A DNA stretch of 63,907 nucleotides, the filler included, from Octopus bimaculoides (lineage: Eukaryota), in assembly GCF_001194135.2 (NCBI RefSeq). It is 6 parts of 6 records of this genome, joined end to end, with 100 filler letters (N's around TTAATTAATTAA, not from the genome) between each part and the next. Parts side by side here need not be neighbours in the genome. Positions count along the whole stretch, not along the records: positions 43,295 to 57,876 come from NC_068986.1; positions 57,977 to 62,479 come from NC_069002.1; 4 more parts are not named here. The stretch is one strand, 5' to 3'. The notes beneath the pieces are model-generated. The model did not search any database and was not told the DNA's origin. It saw only the letters and a program-made list of their open reading frames with translations. Below, in pieces: positions 50,511 through 62,523 of the stretch; positions within the stretch are counted from its first letter, which is position 1; each line of letters starts with the position of its first letter. The position numbers and the translations under genes were made by a program.

Positions 50511-51075
50511 TCAGGAGGAAAAGGAGGAGGAGGGGAAAAGAGGGGGAGGAGGAGGGAGATGGAGATGAGGAAGGGGAGGAGGATGGAGATGAGGAAGGGG
50601 AGGAGGAGGAGGAGGAGGAGGAGGAAGAAGAAGAGGAAGAGGAGGAAGAGGAAGAGAGGAAGAGGAAGAGAGGAAGAGGAGGAAGAGGAAGAGAGGAAGA
50701 GGAGGAAGAGGAGGAAGAGGACGAGGACGAGAGGAAGAGAGGAAGAGGAGGAAGAGGAGGAAGAGAGGAAGAGGAGGAAGAGGAGGAAGAGGAAGAGGAC
50801 GAGAGGAAGAGGAGGAAGAGGACGAGAGGAAGAGGACGAGAGGAAGAGGAGGAAGAGAGGAAGAGAGGAAGAGGAGGAAGAGAGGAAGAGGAGGAAGAGA
50901 GGAAGAGGACGAGAGGAAGAGAGGAAGAGAGGAAGAGAGGAAGAGGACGAGAGGAAGAGAGGTAAAGGAGGAAGAGGAGGAAGAGAGGAAAAGGAGGAAG
51001 AGAGGAAGAGAGGAAAAGGAGGAAGAGAGGAAAAGGAGGAAGAGAGGAAAAGGAGGAAGAGAGGAAGAGGAAAGC
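50511..51075. repeat. about 560-bp polypurine (GAG/GAA) low-complexity tract
   Basis: Direct; almost only G and A on the plus strand. Confidence 0.95.
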
Positions 51076-51487
51076 ATGCAGTGCTTCAAAATGAGATGCA
51101 TTGTAGTAATTACATTTTTTTAAAACTCAGTGAGGAGTTAGTGTCTCAACACAAAAAATTAATTAAAATTAATTTACTCCAAGAGTTTTTAAGATGGAAG
51201 ATCATTTTGTTGTTTTACTTTAATTCTCTGAATTTGCCTCTTTTATTCTTCAATTTTATTTTTTTTTTTTACCTACAAATATCAAGTTACAGTTTCTAAT
51301 CGTGCTGCAGATACTGAGGAATTTAATTGGCTTTAACAAAGATGTTAATCTCATGACAGACAGGAACTAAAAGTAAAAGCTGATTGGCTAATATTGAGTG
51401 TACAAAGAGAGAGAGAGGGGAAGAGGCAGACAGACAGAAACAACAAGAGAAATAGAGGTAGAGAATGAGAGAGAGAGAGAGAATTCT

Positions 51488-51750
51488 TTAAGCCTTTTGT
51501 CATCATATTTCAACTGAAAGAGCCTTCGTTTTCAATTGAAATTGAAAGTCAAACCATGCAACCATGCCAGCATGGAAAACGGATGTTAAACGACGGCGAT
51601 GATGAAGATGATGATGATGATGAAAAGTTTAGTAAAATACCCTTATTGTTATTAAACTGGTATCTGAAGCCAATAATTTCAAAGGAAGGTTTTATTTTAG
51701 ATCAGTTTAAGAGGAAGTTTATATCATAGAACCAAGAAGAGTCTCTCAAA
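51488..51750. mobile_element. piggyBac-like MITE with a 75-bp RTE tail inserted
   Basis: TTAA|GCCTTTTG start; insert GTCAAACCAT...GGAAAACGGATGTTAAACGA(CGG)CGATGATG at about 51548-51622. Confidence 0.55.
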
Positions 51751-52401
51751 AAGCTTGGGCTTGTAGTGCCTTGGTCCCTTCTGTCCATCATCCTGATTCG
51801 TTCTTATTTGCACGGCAATTGTCCCCATGTTCTGCTTGCTAAGGGGGCATTACATCCAATTGTGGCTTTGTGATAAAGTCACGTGAGATGGAGTTTTTCT
51901 GGGTTTCCGGTGAGCCCTATTTCGCCTATAAATAAGCCTGAAGGCAGCCGAAGGCTAGATGTTAGCAGCTTCGTTATCATTTATGATGGAATGCCCGAGA
52001 GAGAAGTTTCACTACAATAGGTTCAAAATGGTTGTTATTACTTTCATGTTCAATGACAATGCTTATGGCAAATGTATATCAAAAGGAAACAATAACGACA
52101 AATATTTTATGTGAAAGGTAGTGAGATTAATATAAAAGAAGTCATGTAATATAAATTAAACAAATGACAGCATAACAACACTATGACAACATGAAGAAGA
52201 AACAGCTTGAAATTTTCATGTTAGCTTTCATGATAATAAAACAGTTTTCATGAATGTTTTTACATGTACCTTTTTTCTCTTCTCGTGAGATTGAATTTGT
52301 CATTTTGTATGGATATTGCTTTTGCTGAGTAGTTTGAGTTTATTAGACCATTAAGTTTATTACATCAAAGTGTGTACTTCTGAGGGTATCCTAATTAATA
52401 T

Positions 52402-52490
52402 CTGGGGTATTAAAATTAGGACATTCCTGAGATTTTAACCAGTCCTGGGATATTAAAATTAGGACATTCCTGAGATTTTAACCAGTCCTG
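52402..52490 (+). repeat. 43-bp tandem duplication
   Basis: Units at 52402 and 52445 differ at one base. Confidence 0.95.
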
Positions 52491-52631
52491 CAAGCATAGA
52501 AATGACTGAAAACTCAGGGGCAACCTAATTAATGTTCCAGATATGCACATATAAAATGTTCTAAATGCAGCCACATCATCTTAATTACTAAAATATGTAA
52601 AAACCCATTTTAAGGATAATGAAGTATTTAT

Positions 52632-53525
52632 AGGTGCAAGTATGGCTGTGTGGTTAAGACATTTGCTTTGCAAGCATGTGGCTCTGGGTTCAATCTTGCA
52701 GCACAGTATCTTTAGCAGCTTTTTTACGTTTCTTTTTTACCTTTCTCCCATAACCTCAAGTTGACTAATGCCTTTTAATGGAATTTGGTAGACGGAAACT
52801 ACCCTGAATCCTGTTGGCTGGACTGAGTTCAATTAATTTTGTGGGATAGCTTGGATCCTAGAGGAACACAACAACAGGTAATCTCTGTAATGTGCCAGGT
52901 CAACTTAGTGGATGTTCTACAAGACAACATAAGCTGAGCAACATTTTTTTTCCATTAAGTTCCTGGGTTCCAGTACTATAACTTCAGGCTGAACAAAGCC
53001 TTGTGAATGGATTTGGTAGACAGAAACTGAAAGAAGCCTGTCAGCTGGCAGAAGGCGGTCAGCTGGCAGAATTGCTGGCATGCCGGGCGAAATGCTTAGC
53101 GGTATTTCGTCTGCCGCTATGTTCTAAGTTCAAACTCCGCCGAGGTCGACTTTGCCTTTCATCAATTAAATAAGTACCAGTTATGCACTGAGGTCAATAT
53201 AATCAACTTAATCCGTTTGTCTGTCCTTGTTTGACCCCTCTGTGTGTAGCCCCTTGTGGGCAGTAAAGAAATAAGAAACTGAAAGAAGCCTGTCATATGT
53301 GTGTGTGTGTCTGTTTGTGTTTGTGTGTGCCCTGTTTGACAACCAGTGTTGATGTGTCTATGTCTTCATAACTTAGCGGTTCAGCAAAATGGACCAATAG
53401 AATAAGTACCACGCTTAAAAAGAAAATTAAGTATTGAGGTTGATACATTCAACTAAAAAATTCTTCAAGGTGGTGCCCCAGCATGGCCACAGTTTAATGA
53501 CTGAAACAAGTAAAACGATAGAAGA
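52632..53525 (+). mobile_element. composite SINE family B region (head 52632-52800, head fragment to 53043, 3' half 53274-53525)
   Basis: Family B motifs in order, interrupted by unique DNA and a family A SINE. Confidence 0.8.
53044..53273 (+). mobile_element. SINE family A inserted in SINE B with 22-bp TSD
   Basis: AGAAACTGAAAGAAGCCTGTCA at 53022-53043 and 53274-53295; B-box-like GTTCAAACTCC; GAAATA tail. Confidence 0.92.
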
Positions 53526-53984
53526 TATGTGGGTTGTAAGGACATGCATTTAAAGACCAATTATAAACCAGATGACACAGGACATTTCAAACTAACCAAC
53601 CAAAGCTTACATCAATGAACAGAACAAAAATATGAATAAACATTATAGCAAGATCAAAAGAGGTCACTACAAAAGATGGCGCCATCTGGCAAGTGATATG
53701 TTAATGGGAAGTAAGGCAGGTAGAGAGTCATACGATTTTTAGTATTTTAACAAACATCTGGTATCAAAGTGTAGACAGCTAGCTAGAAAACACAACTGAT
53801 AGCAGAGGTCACCATGAAACACAGCCTTTATGTGGTTGTCTGACCTGCTAGAAATAGCAGCCAAATCTTCACAAATCCAACACTACCGTTTTATAATATG
53901 AACAATCAAGTTAAAGGACTACAATTATCATCATAATCATCATCATCATCATCATCACCTATAGACCCAAGACAGACCAATGTA

Positions 53985-54245
53985 TTCCGAGTGAATTTAG
54001 TAGTATGAAACTGTGTGGAAGCCCATCAAGTATATGAAGTATATGTATGTATGTATGTCTTCGCATTTGTTCTCCCACCACCACTTGACAAGGAGTGTTG
54101 GTTTGTTTACATTCCTGTTCAGCAAAAGAGATTGACAGAATAAGCAACAGATGAAAAAAAAAAATAGTATTAGGGTCAATTTGTTTGACTAAACTCTTCA
54201 AGGTGGTACCCCAATATGGCTGCAGTCCAATGACTGAAACAAATA
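53985..54245 (+). mobile_element. SINE family B, partial
   Basis: CCACCACTTGACAA...GTTGGTTTGTTTAC...TGCAGTCCAATGACTGAAAC. Confidence 0.8.
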
Positions 54246-54524
54246 AAACAAGTAATAATTAAAAGAAAAATTAACAATGGAATCAATATTCACCTTTCTG
54301 CCATATATCATTTCAGCATATCCAGGGCCATGAAAATGGAAAGGAACACCAGTGCCAGCAGCTACATGGGAAGAGAATCAAATAAAAATTTTTGAAGACG
54401 TATATTAAAAAATTTTCAATTATGAAATCCTGTCTAAAATGATTGTTTCTAATATAAACATAAAACCAGAAATTTTAGGGAGAGAAGTAACTTGATTAAA
54501 TTGACTCCAGTATTTGCCTAACTG

Positions 54525-54735
54525 TGGAGGTGCATGGCTTAGTGGTTAGGGTGTTGGACTCATGACTGTAAGATTGTGGTCTTGATTCCTGGACCGGGTG
54601 ATGCATTGTGTCTTTGAAAAAAAAATATCATTTCATATTGCTCCAGTCCACTCAGCTATTAGAAATGAATAATCCTGAGACAGATTGGCATCCTGCCCAA
54701 GGAGGAATATATACGCAAGAAAAACCTGGAAACTG
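54525..54735 (+). mobile_element. tRNA-derived SINE family C
   Basis: TGGCTTAGTGGTTAGGG (A box), TTGATTCCTGG (B-box-like), then TTGCTCCAGTCCACTCAGCT. Confidence 0.7.
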
Positions 54736-54741
54736 GCACTA

Positions 54742-54905
54742 TAGGTGCAGGAGTGGCTGTGTGGTAAGTAGCTTGCTTACTAACCACATGGTTCCGGGTC
54801 AGTCCCACTGCGTGGCACCTCGGGCAAGTGTCTACTATTATAGCCTCAGGCCGACCAAAGCCTTGTGAGTGGATTTGGTAGACAGAAACTCAAAGAAGCC
54901 TGTCA
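54742..54905 (+). mobile_element. SINE family B head
   Basis: GCAGGAGTGGCTGTGTGGTAAG...GAGTGGATTTGGTAGACAGAAACT. Confidence 0.9.
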
Positions 54906-54911
54906 TATATA

Positions 54912-55152
54912 TCATCATCATCATCATCGTTTAACGTCCGCTTTCCATGCTAGCATGGGTTGGACGACTTGACTGAGGACTGGTGAAACCGGATGGCAAC
55001 ACCAGGCTCTAATCTAAATTTGGCAGAGTTTCTACAGCTGGATGCCCTTCCTAACACCAACCACTCAGAGAGTGTAGTAGGTGCTTTTACGTGTCACCTG
55101 CACGAAGGCCAGTCAGGCGATACTGGCAACGGCCACGCTCGAAATGGTGTCT
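54912..55152 (-). mobile_element. family E element, cut by gap
   Basis: CATCATCGTTTAACGTCCGCTTTCCATGCTAGCATGGG...; nearly identical to 57781-57876. Confidence 0.9.
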
Positions 55153-56147
55153 NNNNNNNNNNNNNNNNNNNNNNNNNNNNNNNNNNNNNNNNNNNNNNNN
55201 NNNNNNNNNNNNNNNNNNNNNNNNNNNNNNNNNNNNNNNNNNNNNNNNNNNNNNNNNNNNNNNNNNNNNNNNNNNNNNNNNNNNNNNNNNNNNNNNNNNN
55301 NNNNNNNNNNNNNNNNNNNNNNNNNNNNNNNNNNNNNNNNNNNNNNNNNNNNNNNNNNNNNNNNNNNNNNNNNNNNNNNNNNNNNNNNNNNNNNNNNNNN
55401 NNNNNNNNNNNNNNNNNNNNNNNNNNNNNNNNNNNNNNNNNNNNNNNNNNNNNNNNNNNNNNNNNNNNNNNNNNNNNNNNNNNNNNNNNNNNNNNNNNNN
55501 NNNNNNNNNNNNNNNNNNNNNNNNNNNNNNNNNNNNNNNNNNNNNNNNNNNNNNNNNNNNNNNNNNNNNNNNNNNNNNNNNNNNNNNNNNNNNNNNNNNN
55601 NNNNNNNNNNNNNNNNNNNNNNNNNNNNNNNNNNNNNNNNNNNNNNNNNNNNNNNNNNNNNNNNNNNNNNNNNNNNNNNNNNNNNNNNNNNNNNNNNNNN
55701 NNNNNNNNNNNNNNNNNNNNNNNNNNNNNNNNNNNNNNNNNNNNNNNNNNNNNNNNNATATATATATATATATATATATATAGTCAATTTAAACAGGAAA
55801 AAACACGAAAAACAATGCGAGGACGTGGAATAAGTACAGTGTTATTGGACGCTCAGGAAAGGAAAGAAAAGACGTATGTATATGTTTGTGTGTCTGTGTT
55901 TGTCCCCCCAACATCACTTGACAACTGATGCTAGGTGAATCTAGCTGAAGAGAACTAATCAAATTTATGTTAACAAATGTAATTTGGAAAGTCCGATACC
56001 TAGGTCCTAGATTATCCACATCTGTGTTGTACATTTATTTAATGTTCTTCCTACAGGTAAGATGAAATTTTTTATGTTGCCAGTAGATAAATACAGTGAA
56101 GCTTACTATGGAGTTGTATATTATCGACTGCTATGTTGTACTACTAT

Positions 56148-56186
<39 letters not shown>

Positions 56187-56364
56187 ATAAGAGTGAAAAA
56201 ACTACAGAAGGCTTGTGTTACATGGTTAAAGTATATATTTAAATTATGTCAGAAAAATGTTATAAAAATGTTATAAAATCTTTTTGGTATATAAACATTG
56301 TATTTTGAGAAATAACCGGTTTCGTGTTGTCTTTTCAAATTTCTCTACTTCATTGTAACCTGTT

Positions 56365-56585
56365 CGCTGTCCTTGTTGTCTGTGTTTGTCTCCTACCTGT
56401 TTGACAACCAGTGTTAGTGTTTTTATGTCCCAATACTTTAGTGGTTTGGCAAAAGACACTGATAGAATAAGTGCCAGGCTTAAAAAATTTTTTAAATAAG
56501 TACTGGAGGCAAGTCCTTTGACAAAAAATTCTTCAAGATGGTGCCCCAGTATGACCATTATCTAAAGACAGAAACAAGCAAAAGG
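56365..56585 (+). mobile_element. SINE family B, 3' half
   Basis: TTGACAACCAGTGTT...AAATAAGTACTGG...GATGGTGCCCCAG. Confidence 0.8.
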
Positions 56586-57099
56586 TATAAGGTAAATATG
56601 CAAGTACTAAATGCTTAGATTGTGGCAAAAAATACACTGAGAAGAATTAACGAAAACTCCATCACATGGTGGCACAGCATCCAGTTGGCACCAAATGTTG
56701 TTGAGCCAATATGTGCCAGTATTAGTGGCACAAAATAATAATTACAATTATCATGACCTGCTAAAATGTTAAGTAACACAATATTGGTTTCCTATTATTT
56801 CTATATTTAGAGTTCACTTTTATAATTTACAATGAAAGATGTAATCATGAGATGATGAAAATTTGAGAAGCACTAAAATCTAATATTGCTATTGTGATAA
56901 GCAATAATACTAGCAATCCTTCTCTCAATCTCCTTCTCTCTCTGTCTCTCTCTCTCTCTCTTTTAAATATATATCTGTTTTCTAAGATTTTTTTGCTCTG
57001 ACATTTCTGAGATTTGCGAAAATGATGTCTGTAATGTCTGATCCTTTTCCAAGGATATTAGAGAAATAAAAGAAAATTTGTTGTAATTGTTTTAGTCAT

Positions 57100-57320
57100 T
57101 AGATTGTGGCCATGTTGGAGAACCGCCTTGAAGAATTTGTAGTCGAACAAATTAACCCCGGGACTTTTATTTTCTTTAAAGCCTAGTACTTATTCTATTG
57201 ATCTCTTTTGCTGAATCACTAAATTATGGGAATGTAAACACACCAATACTGGTTGTCAAGTGGTAGTGGTGATGGTGGGGTCAAACACAAACACAAAGAC
57301 ACACATACACAGATATATAT
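57100..57320 (-). mobile_element. SINE family B, 3' half
   Basis: Colinear with 15490-15670. Confidence 0.8.
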
Positions 57321-57324
57321 ATAT

Positions 57325-57876
57325 ATCATCATCATCATTTAACGTCCGCTTTCCATGCTAGCATGGGTTAGACAATTTGACTGAAGACTGGTAAAACCAG
57401 ATGGCTACACCAGGCACCAATCTGATCTGGCAGAGTTTCTACAGCTGGATGCCCTTCCTAATGCCAACCACTCCAAGAGTGTAGTGAGTGCTTTTACATG
57501 CCACCTGCATGAGGGCCAGTCAGGCAGTACTAGCAACGGCCACGCTCAAAATGGTGTTTTTTACGTGCCACCTGCACAGGAGCCAGTCCAGCAGCACTGG
57601 CAATGACCTCACTCGAATGATTTCCTAACGTGCCAGTAAGGCGACGCTGGTAACGATCACGCTCAAATGGTGCTATTTACGTGCCACTGGCACGGAAGCC
57701 AGACAGTAGCTCTGGCAATGATCATGCTCGGACAGTGCTGTTAGTGCTCCACTGGCACAGCTGCCAGTCATCGAATATATATCATCATCATCATCATCAT
57801 CATCATCGTTTAACGTCCGCTTTCCATGCTAGCATGGGTTGGACGATTTGACTGAGGACTGGTGAAACCGGATGGC
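57325..57876 (-). mobile_element. two tandem family E elements (57325-57778 and 57781-57876)
   Basis: Two CAT-tails; internal about 55-65-bp repeats TTTTACGTGCCAC...GGCAA.GA.CA.GCTC. Confidence 0.9.
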
Positions 57877-57920
57877 NNNNNNNNNNNNNNNNNNNNNNNN
57901 NNNNNNNNNNNNNNNNNNNN

Positions 57921-57932
57921 TTAATTAATTAA
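57921..57932. other. artificial six-frame-stop linker
   Basis: TTAATTAATTAA with 44 N each side. Confidence 0.95.
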
Positions 57933-57976
57933 NNNNNNNNNNNNNNNNNNNNNNNNNNNNNNNNNNNNNNNNNNNN

Positions 57977-58017
<41 letters not shown>

Positions 58018-58291
58018 ATATTTATTTATGTATGTAAAAAATATAGAGGTAACACACGTGTAAGTAGATATTCATGACAAAGAAGAGCGAAAATTTGAAT
58101 TTATTTTTATAAATACATTAAAAGAAAAGTGTTATTGTTTTACATGTTTCGGTTTTTGAGAAACCGTATCAAAAATATGCACTAAAATAGAATATGTAGA
58201 GAAACATTTATTAATTAAGTTATTAAAATAAACGTCCACAGTGTACTTTTTTCCTGCAAGAGCACGTGGTAATTTCCTTAATTTCCGTGGC

Positions 58292-58365
58292 ACTACTAAT
58301 GGCACTGTCTGTGATGGCAAATTACTACTGTAGTAATTTACCACTACAGACAGCGGAATTAGTAA
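58292..58365. repeat. imperfect hairpin
   Basis: Core AAATTACTAC-T-GTAGTAATTT extended by CTGTCTGT/ACAGACAG. Confidence 0.8.
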
Positions 58366-59331
58366 TATATATATATATATATATATATACTCCACACTTT
58401 CTATTATTGGAGCAAAAGCAATTTACATGCGTACTGCTGAAGATATATCTGAAACAACTGAGGCGACCCTGTGAATATAAATCTCCCACAATTCCCCCAT
58501 CCAAATGTAGACACCACCGGAATGGCTATAAGATTCAAGACATGAAAAAAACAAGAAACAAATCAGACAAGTCTCTACTACTTACTAAACTGCCTCAGTT
58601 TAGTCCGAGCAGCAACGCACTTTAGTAAAAGATTCAAAATATTATCGATCTATCGTTGTGGAGAGAATATGATATTCCGTATATGAATTTAATTACTTCA
58701 ATACAGAAATTAAGAAAGAATAATGATGATAAATCGATGATAGAGAAATCAGGCAACCGCACTTTTTTTTATAAGAATGAATATTTTGGTTAAGCCTTTA
58801 ATACACGTCAAAGAAAACCATATTTCTTCTTTAGTTCTTAATTTTAATCTGAATTCCAATCACGAACTTCCCTCTCTCTCCCTACGAAAATAGAAATTGA
58901 AAACAAAATACATACATATATACATCTATTTGAGAACATACACGATTAGCTATACGCAAACATGCGATAGAATAATGAGATTCGGAATAAAAAGGGAAAC
59001 ACTGCGAATGACATTAAACTATATGAACAGTTTGAGAACGATGTGTAGTGTCTCCACTTGTAGATTATGATATATCGAAATATAACGTTGGGAAGCCAAA
59101 TGCATTTGATATTATGCAGATTCTAACTGGTTTCCAAATGTGATCAAACAGAAAGTAAGTGGAAACAGATATTTTTCCGTATTTGGGTGCCGATATAGTC
59201 TAGTTTTTTTATGAAATGAATGAAATTTAGTTCACTTAGCATGTTTAACATTCAAGATATTAAACCATAAATATGTGTGTGCATTTGTTTGTGCCAGCAT
59301 GTGTGCATGCATGTATGTGTATGCATGTGTA

Positions 59332-59375
<44 letters not shown>

Positions 59376-62335
59376 TATGTGAGTATTTATGCGTGTATTA
59401 GTGTGCATGTGCATGGCGTTGAAGAAATAGGCCTATAAGTTTCAATAGTTTTTTTCCTAAAGAGTAATTATGACAACCTAAATTGATTTGGTTTTTAATT
59501 ATTTTATTTTTTGGACATCATTTTCGCAAAAACAATACTAAAGCATTTCCATCTTTGTGCATTTACCCAAAATCAGTATTTAGCCAGTGTTGATGATAAA
59601 AATGGATCCAAACTGGATAAAAATGGCAACAGTGCTATACAGTGGCTGTTAACCCCAAACGCATAAATATCTCGTGAACGTTTCCCGATGTGTGATCATT
59701 CATGGTTAGATAATACGGCTTTTCAAACTGTAAGATGACACCAAAACTGCAAGGAAGTTCCTCTCAGTTCCCTTTTTTTTATGCAAGACTTCAACATCCA
59801 GCGGTTTGCGTGGAGCTTGTTTTCTATTTTCCGTTTTTATTTCATTGTTTAGTTTAAATGCAATCATGTTATTTTAAGGTTCCGTCAGTGATGTTTGTAA
59901 ACACTTGTACAATCCATGCAAATGACATTTAAAGATTACAATCAGAATTAGATTAGAGAAACATTTGTCTGCAAACTTAAATCTAAAGGACAAATTAATA
60001 GCGGATTACCATTTTCATTGAAGTTGTAATAGTATGTCAGTTTCACAGAAAATTGCTTCGAAAATCATAACTACCACTTCGTGTTCTCTTCTGCCTCTCG
60101 TTTCCAATGTATAAACCTAAATGAAAAACTAAATATTTGTAAAAGTAGTAGCCACAAATGACTTATTGACATACAAACATTCTAAGACTTGTAAATGTAG
60201 AAATTTTGCACACAAAGTTGAATACAACGAATATTACTTTCTAGAAACATTGCAGGACATACATATTCTTGATGCAGACTTTGTGACATTCATTTGAGAT
60301 AGTTGCAGTAAGTTTACAAGTCTGAGTTGCAATCCAAATTCTATGCACGTTTCCAAGTAAACGAAACGCACATAGATCGAAACCAAAAATGGAGTTGCGT
60401 TAAACTGTTATGCAGAAATTTAGGTGAGAACGTCTTATGACCATTTCGATAGTGAAGCATTTTATATGGAAATGACAGTGAGGCAATTATAATACTAACT
60501 GTAGATATCTTGTGTGATATTTCGCTGTGCATGTTATCGATGAACAATAAAGAAATAATGACTAACTAATATTCCTGCATGACATCGAACAAAAAATAAT
60601 TATGAAATCGAATTATGTTTTAAATTATTTTCTACTTTGATGTAATATTTCAGATGCGATATTTTAGAAAAAATTATTTAATATTTGGAAAATGATGGCA
60701 AATTTCAATTTTACATCAAAATATTACTTGCAGGATAATTTTAAAATTATAAAAGATGACAGAAATATAATTATTTTAATTTATCCTTCATTTCTATTCT
60801 TTTAATTCAATTAATATTTTCTCCGCACACAAAATGAAATATGTTTTCGTAAAAAAGAAACATGGATATTAATGTATCAGTGTGTCTATATGTGTGTGCA
60901 GGAAAGTGTATTCGTAGACGTGAATTTATATATATATGTGTGTGTGTATGTGTGTGTGTGTGTATGTGTGGTGTGCATGTATATAAGAATGTGCAAATCT
61001 GTGCACTTAAGTGCAAGTGTGTGTGTGCATGACTTTGCGCGTGCATGTGTGTGTGTGTATGTGCGTGATACTGTGTCGATACTGTATCGATGGTCTGTTT
61101 GCAATTCCAATAAATGGTTTCGATACCACGCCATGATTTCATGATCAATTAGGCTCTGTTATATACTCATATCTCCTCAAATACCCAGCTTTCACTTTCA
61201 CCAAGCCTTGTGATCAGATTAACAATAAATACAAATCGACGGATTGAATACGCCATTCATTATTACTGGAAATCCATTTGAAGGGTTGTTTTTTAATTTA
61301 ACGTGCAGGTATATGCAGCATACCCAGATGCATTATCATTCAATAATTACGCAATGTATCTCGGTCGTTCAATTGGAATTTTTATCGCCGTATGAAACAG
61401 AGAGATTCTAGGTACTCTTTACTTATTTTACATTTAATTAGATATGGTAATATCTCTCCCTATAAAATCATTTTATAATGAAAGATTGAGATATATATAA
61501 CAGATGAGAGTTACGAGTAAATGACAGATAAGAGTAAATTAAAGAAACACTTGTTAATGTTAGGGAATTTCGCTTAATTAAACAGTTGACGTGTTTACAG
61601 TCAGATTTTAGAATATGTGAACACCCTTATATTAATAGATCTAAAATAATGAGGTATACCTTAATGTTGTACGAGAAAAGCTAAATCTGCAATTGACCTT
61701 AGAAACTGACATTAGATTAGAGTGCATTCGGAGAGGTAAAATATTTTATGAATAATTGTTGGAGATGATAGACTGTCAGACGTTGACTGTGGCATAGGTT
61801 AATACTATAGCAATAGAGATAACCAGCGTGTTTCCCTTCATCCTCCATCTTGACAGAATTCTTTGTGAAATAGTGTTCTCAAATATATTTCAAAGATGAA
61901 AAATATCATGCGTCAGAGTGTCTGCACAGGGCTTGTAAAACGCAATTGCTGTGTATAACAGAAATGCAGTTTGGAAATTTTAAGCTTTGCCGTTAGCAAT
62001 TAATTCACCACATTGCACAAATCATGCAATCTCTTTTAGAAGTTCATGAATGAGGTAGATTTTGAGAAGGGCGGAATGAAGAAACAACTTATTAAGAGAT
62101 AATCTATCCTGACTAAACGATTGTCACTACGGAGTCAGCAACCTCTCTACGCTACAAATAAAATTACACACAATGTATATATATTTGAAGATAAGCAACA
62201 AAAATTCAATAGGTTATAGCAGTACGTACGTTTCGTACAAGCTCCATTTATTCATGTGGTGAGAACACCACAGAACGTACAATGAAAATGTACTCCTCAG
62301 CTACATAATGGAATTTCATTTTAGAAAGTCATTTT

Positions 62336-62479
62336 GAGGGTGTTTGCAAAAAACAAGAGTAAGAGAAGAAAACATATCATCTCGACTATGCTGTTGTTCC
62401 ACAGACTTGCCTGTGGAACAGCAGCATAGTCGAGATGATATGTTTTCTTCTCTTACTCTTGTTTTTTGCAAACACCCTC
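62336..62479. repeat. palindrome, 69-bp arms, 6-nt loop, one mismatch
   Basis: Arms 62336-62404 and 62411-62479; right arm ends at the gap. Confidence 0.95.
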
Positions 62480-62523
62480 NNNNNNNNNNNNNNNNNNNNN
62501 NNNNNNNNNNNNNNNNNNNNNNN

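Noticed and set aside
50469-51299. 276-aa Arg/Glu-rich ORF and its 196-aa antisense partner
   Set aside because: Translation of a polypurine tract; no domain or splice support.
55950-56062. Short open frame ending at CAG|GTAAGA
   Set aside because: Only 36 codons, no acceptor or homology; lies between SINE pieces.
57500-57778. Regularly spaced repeats as a CRISPR array
   Set aside because: Units are diverged along their whole length, have no unique spacers and lie inside an RTE-tailed element; no cas genes; eukaryotic DNA.
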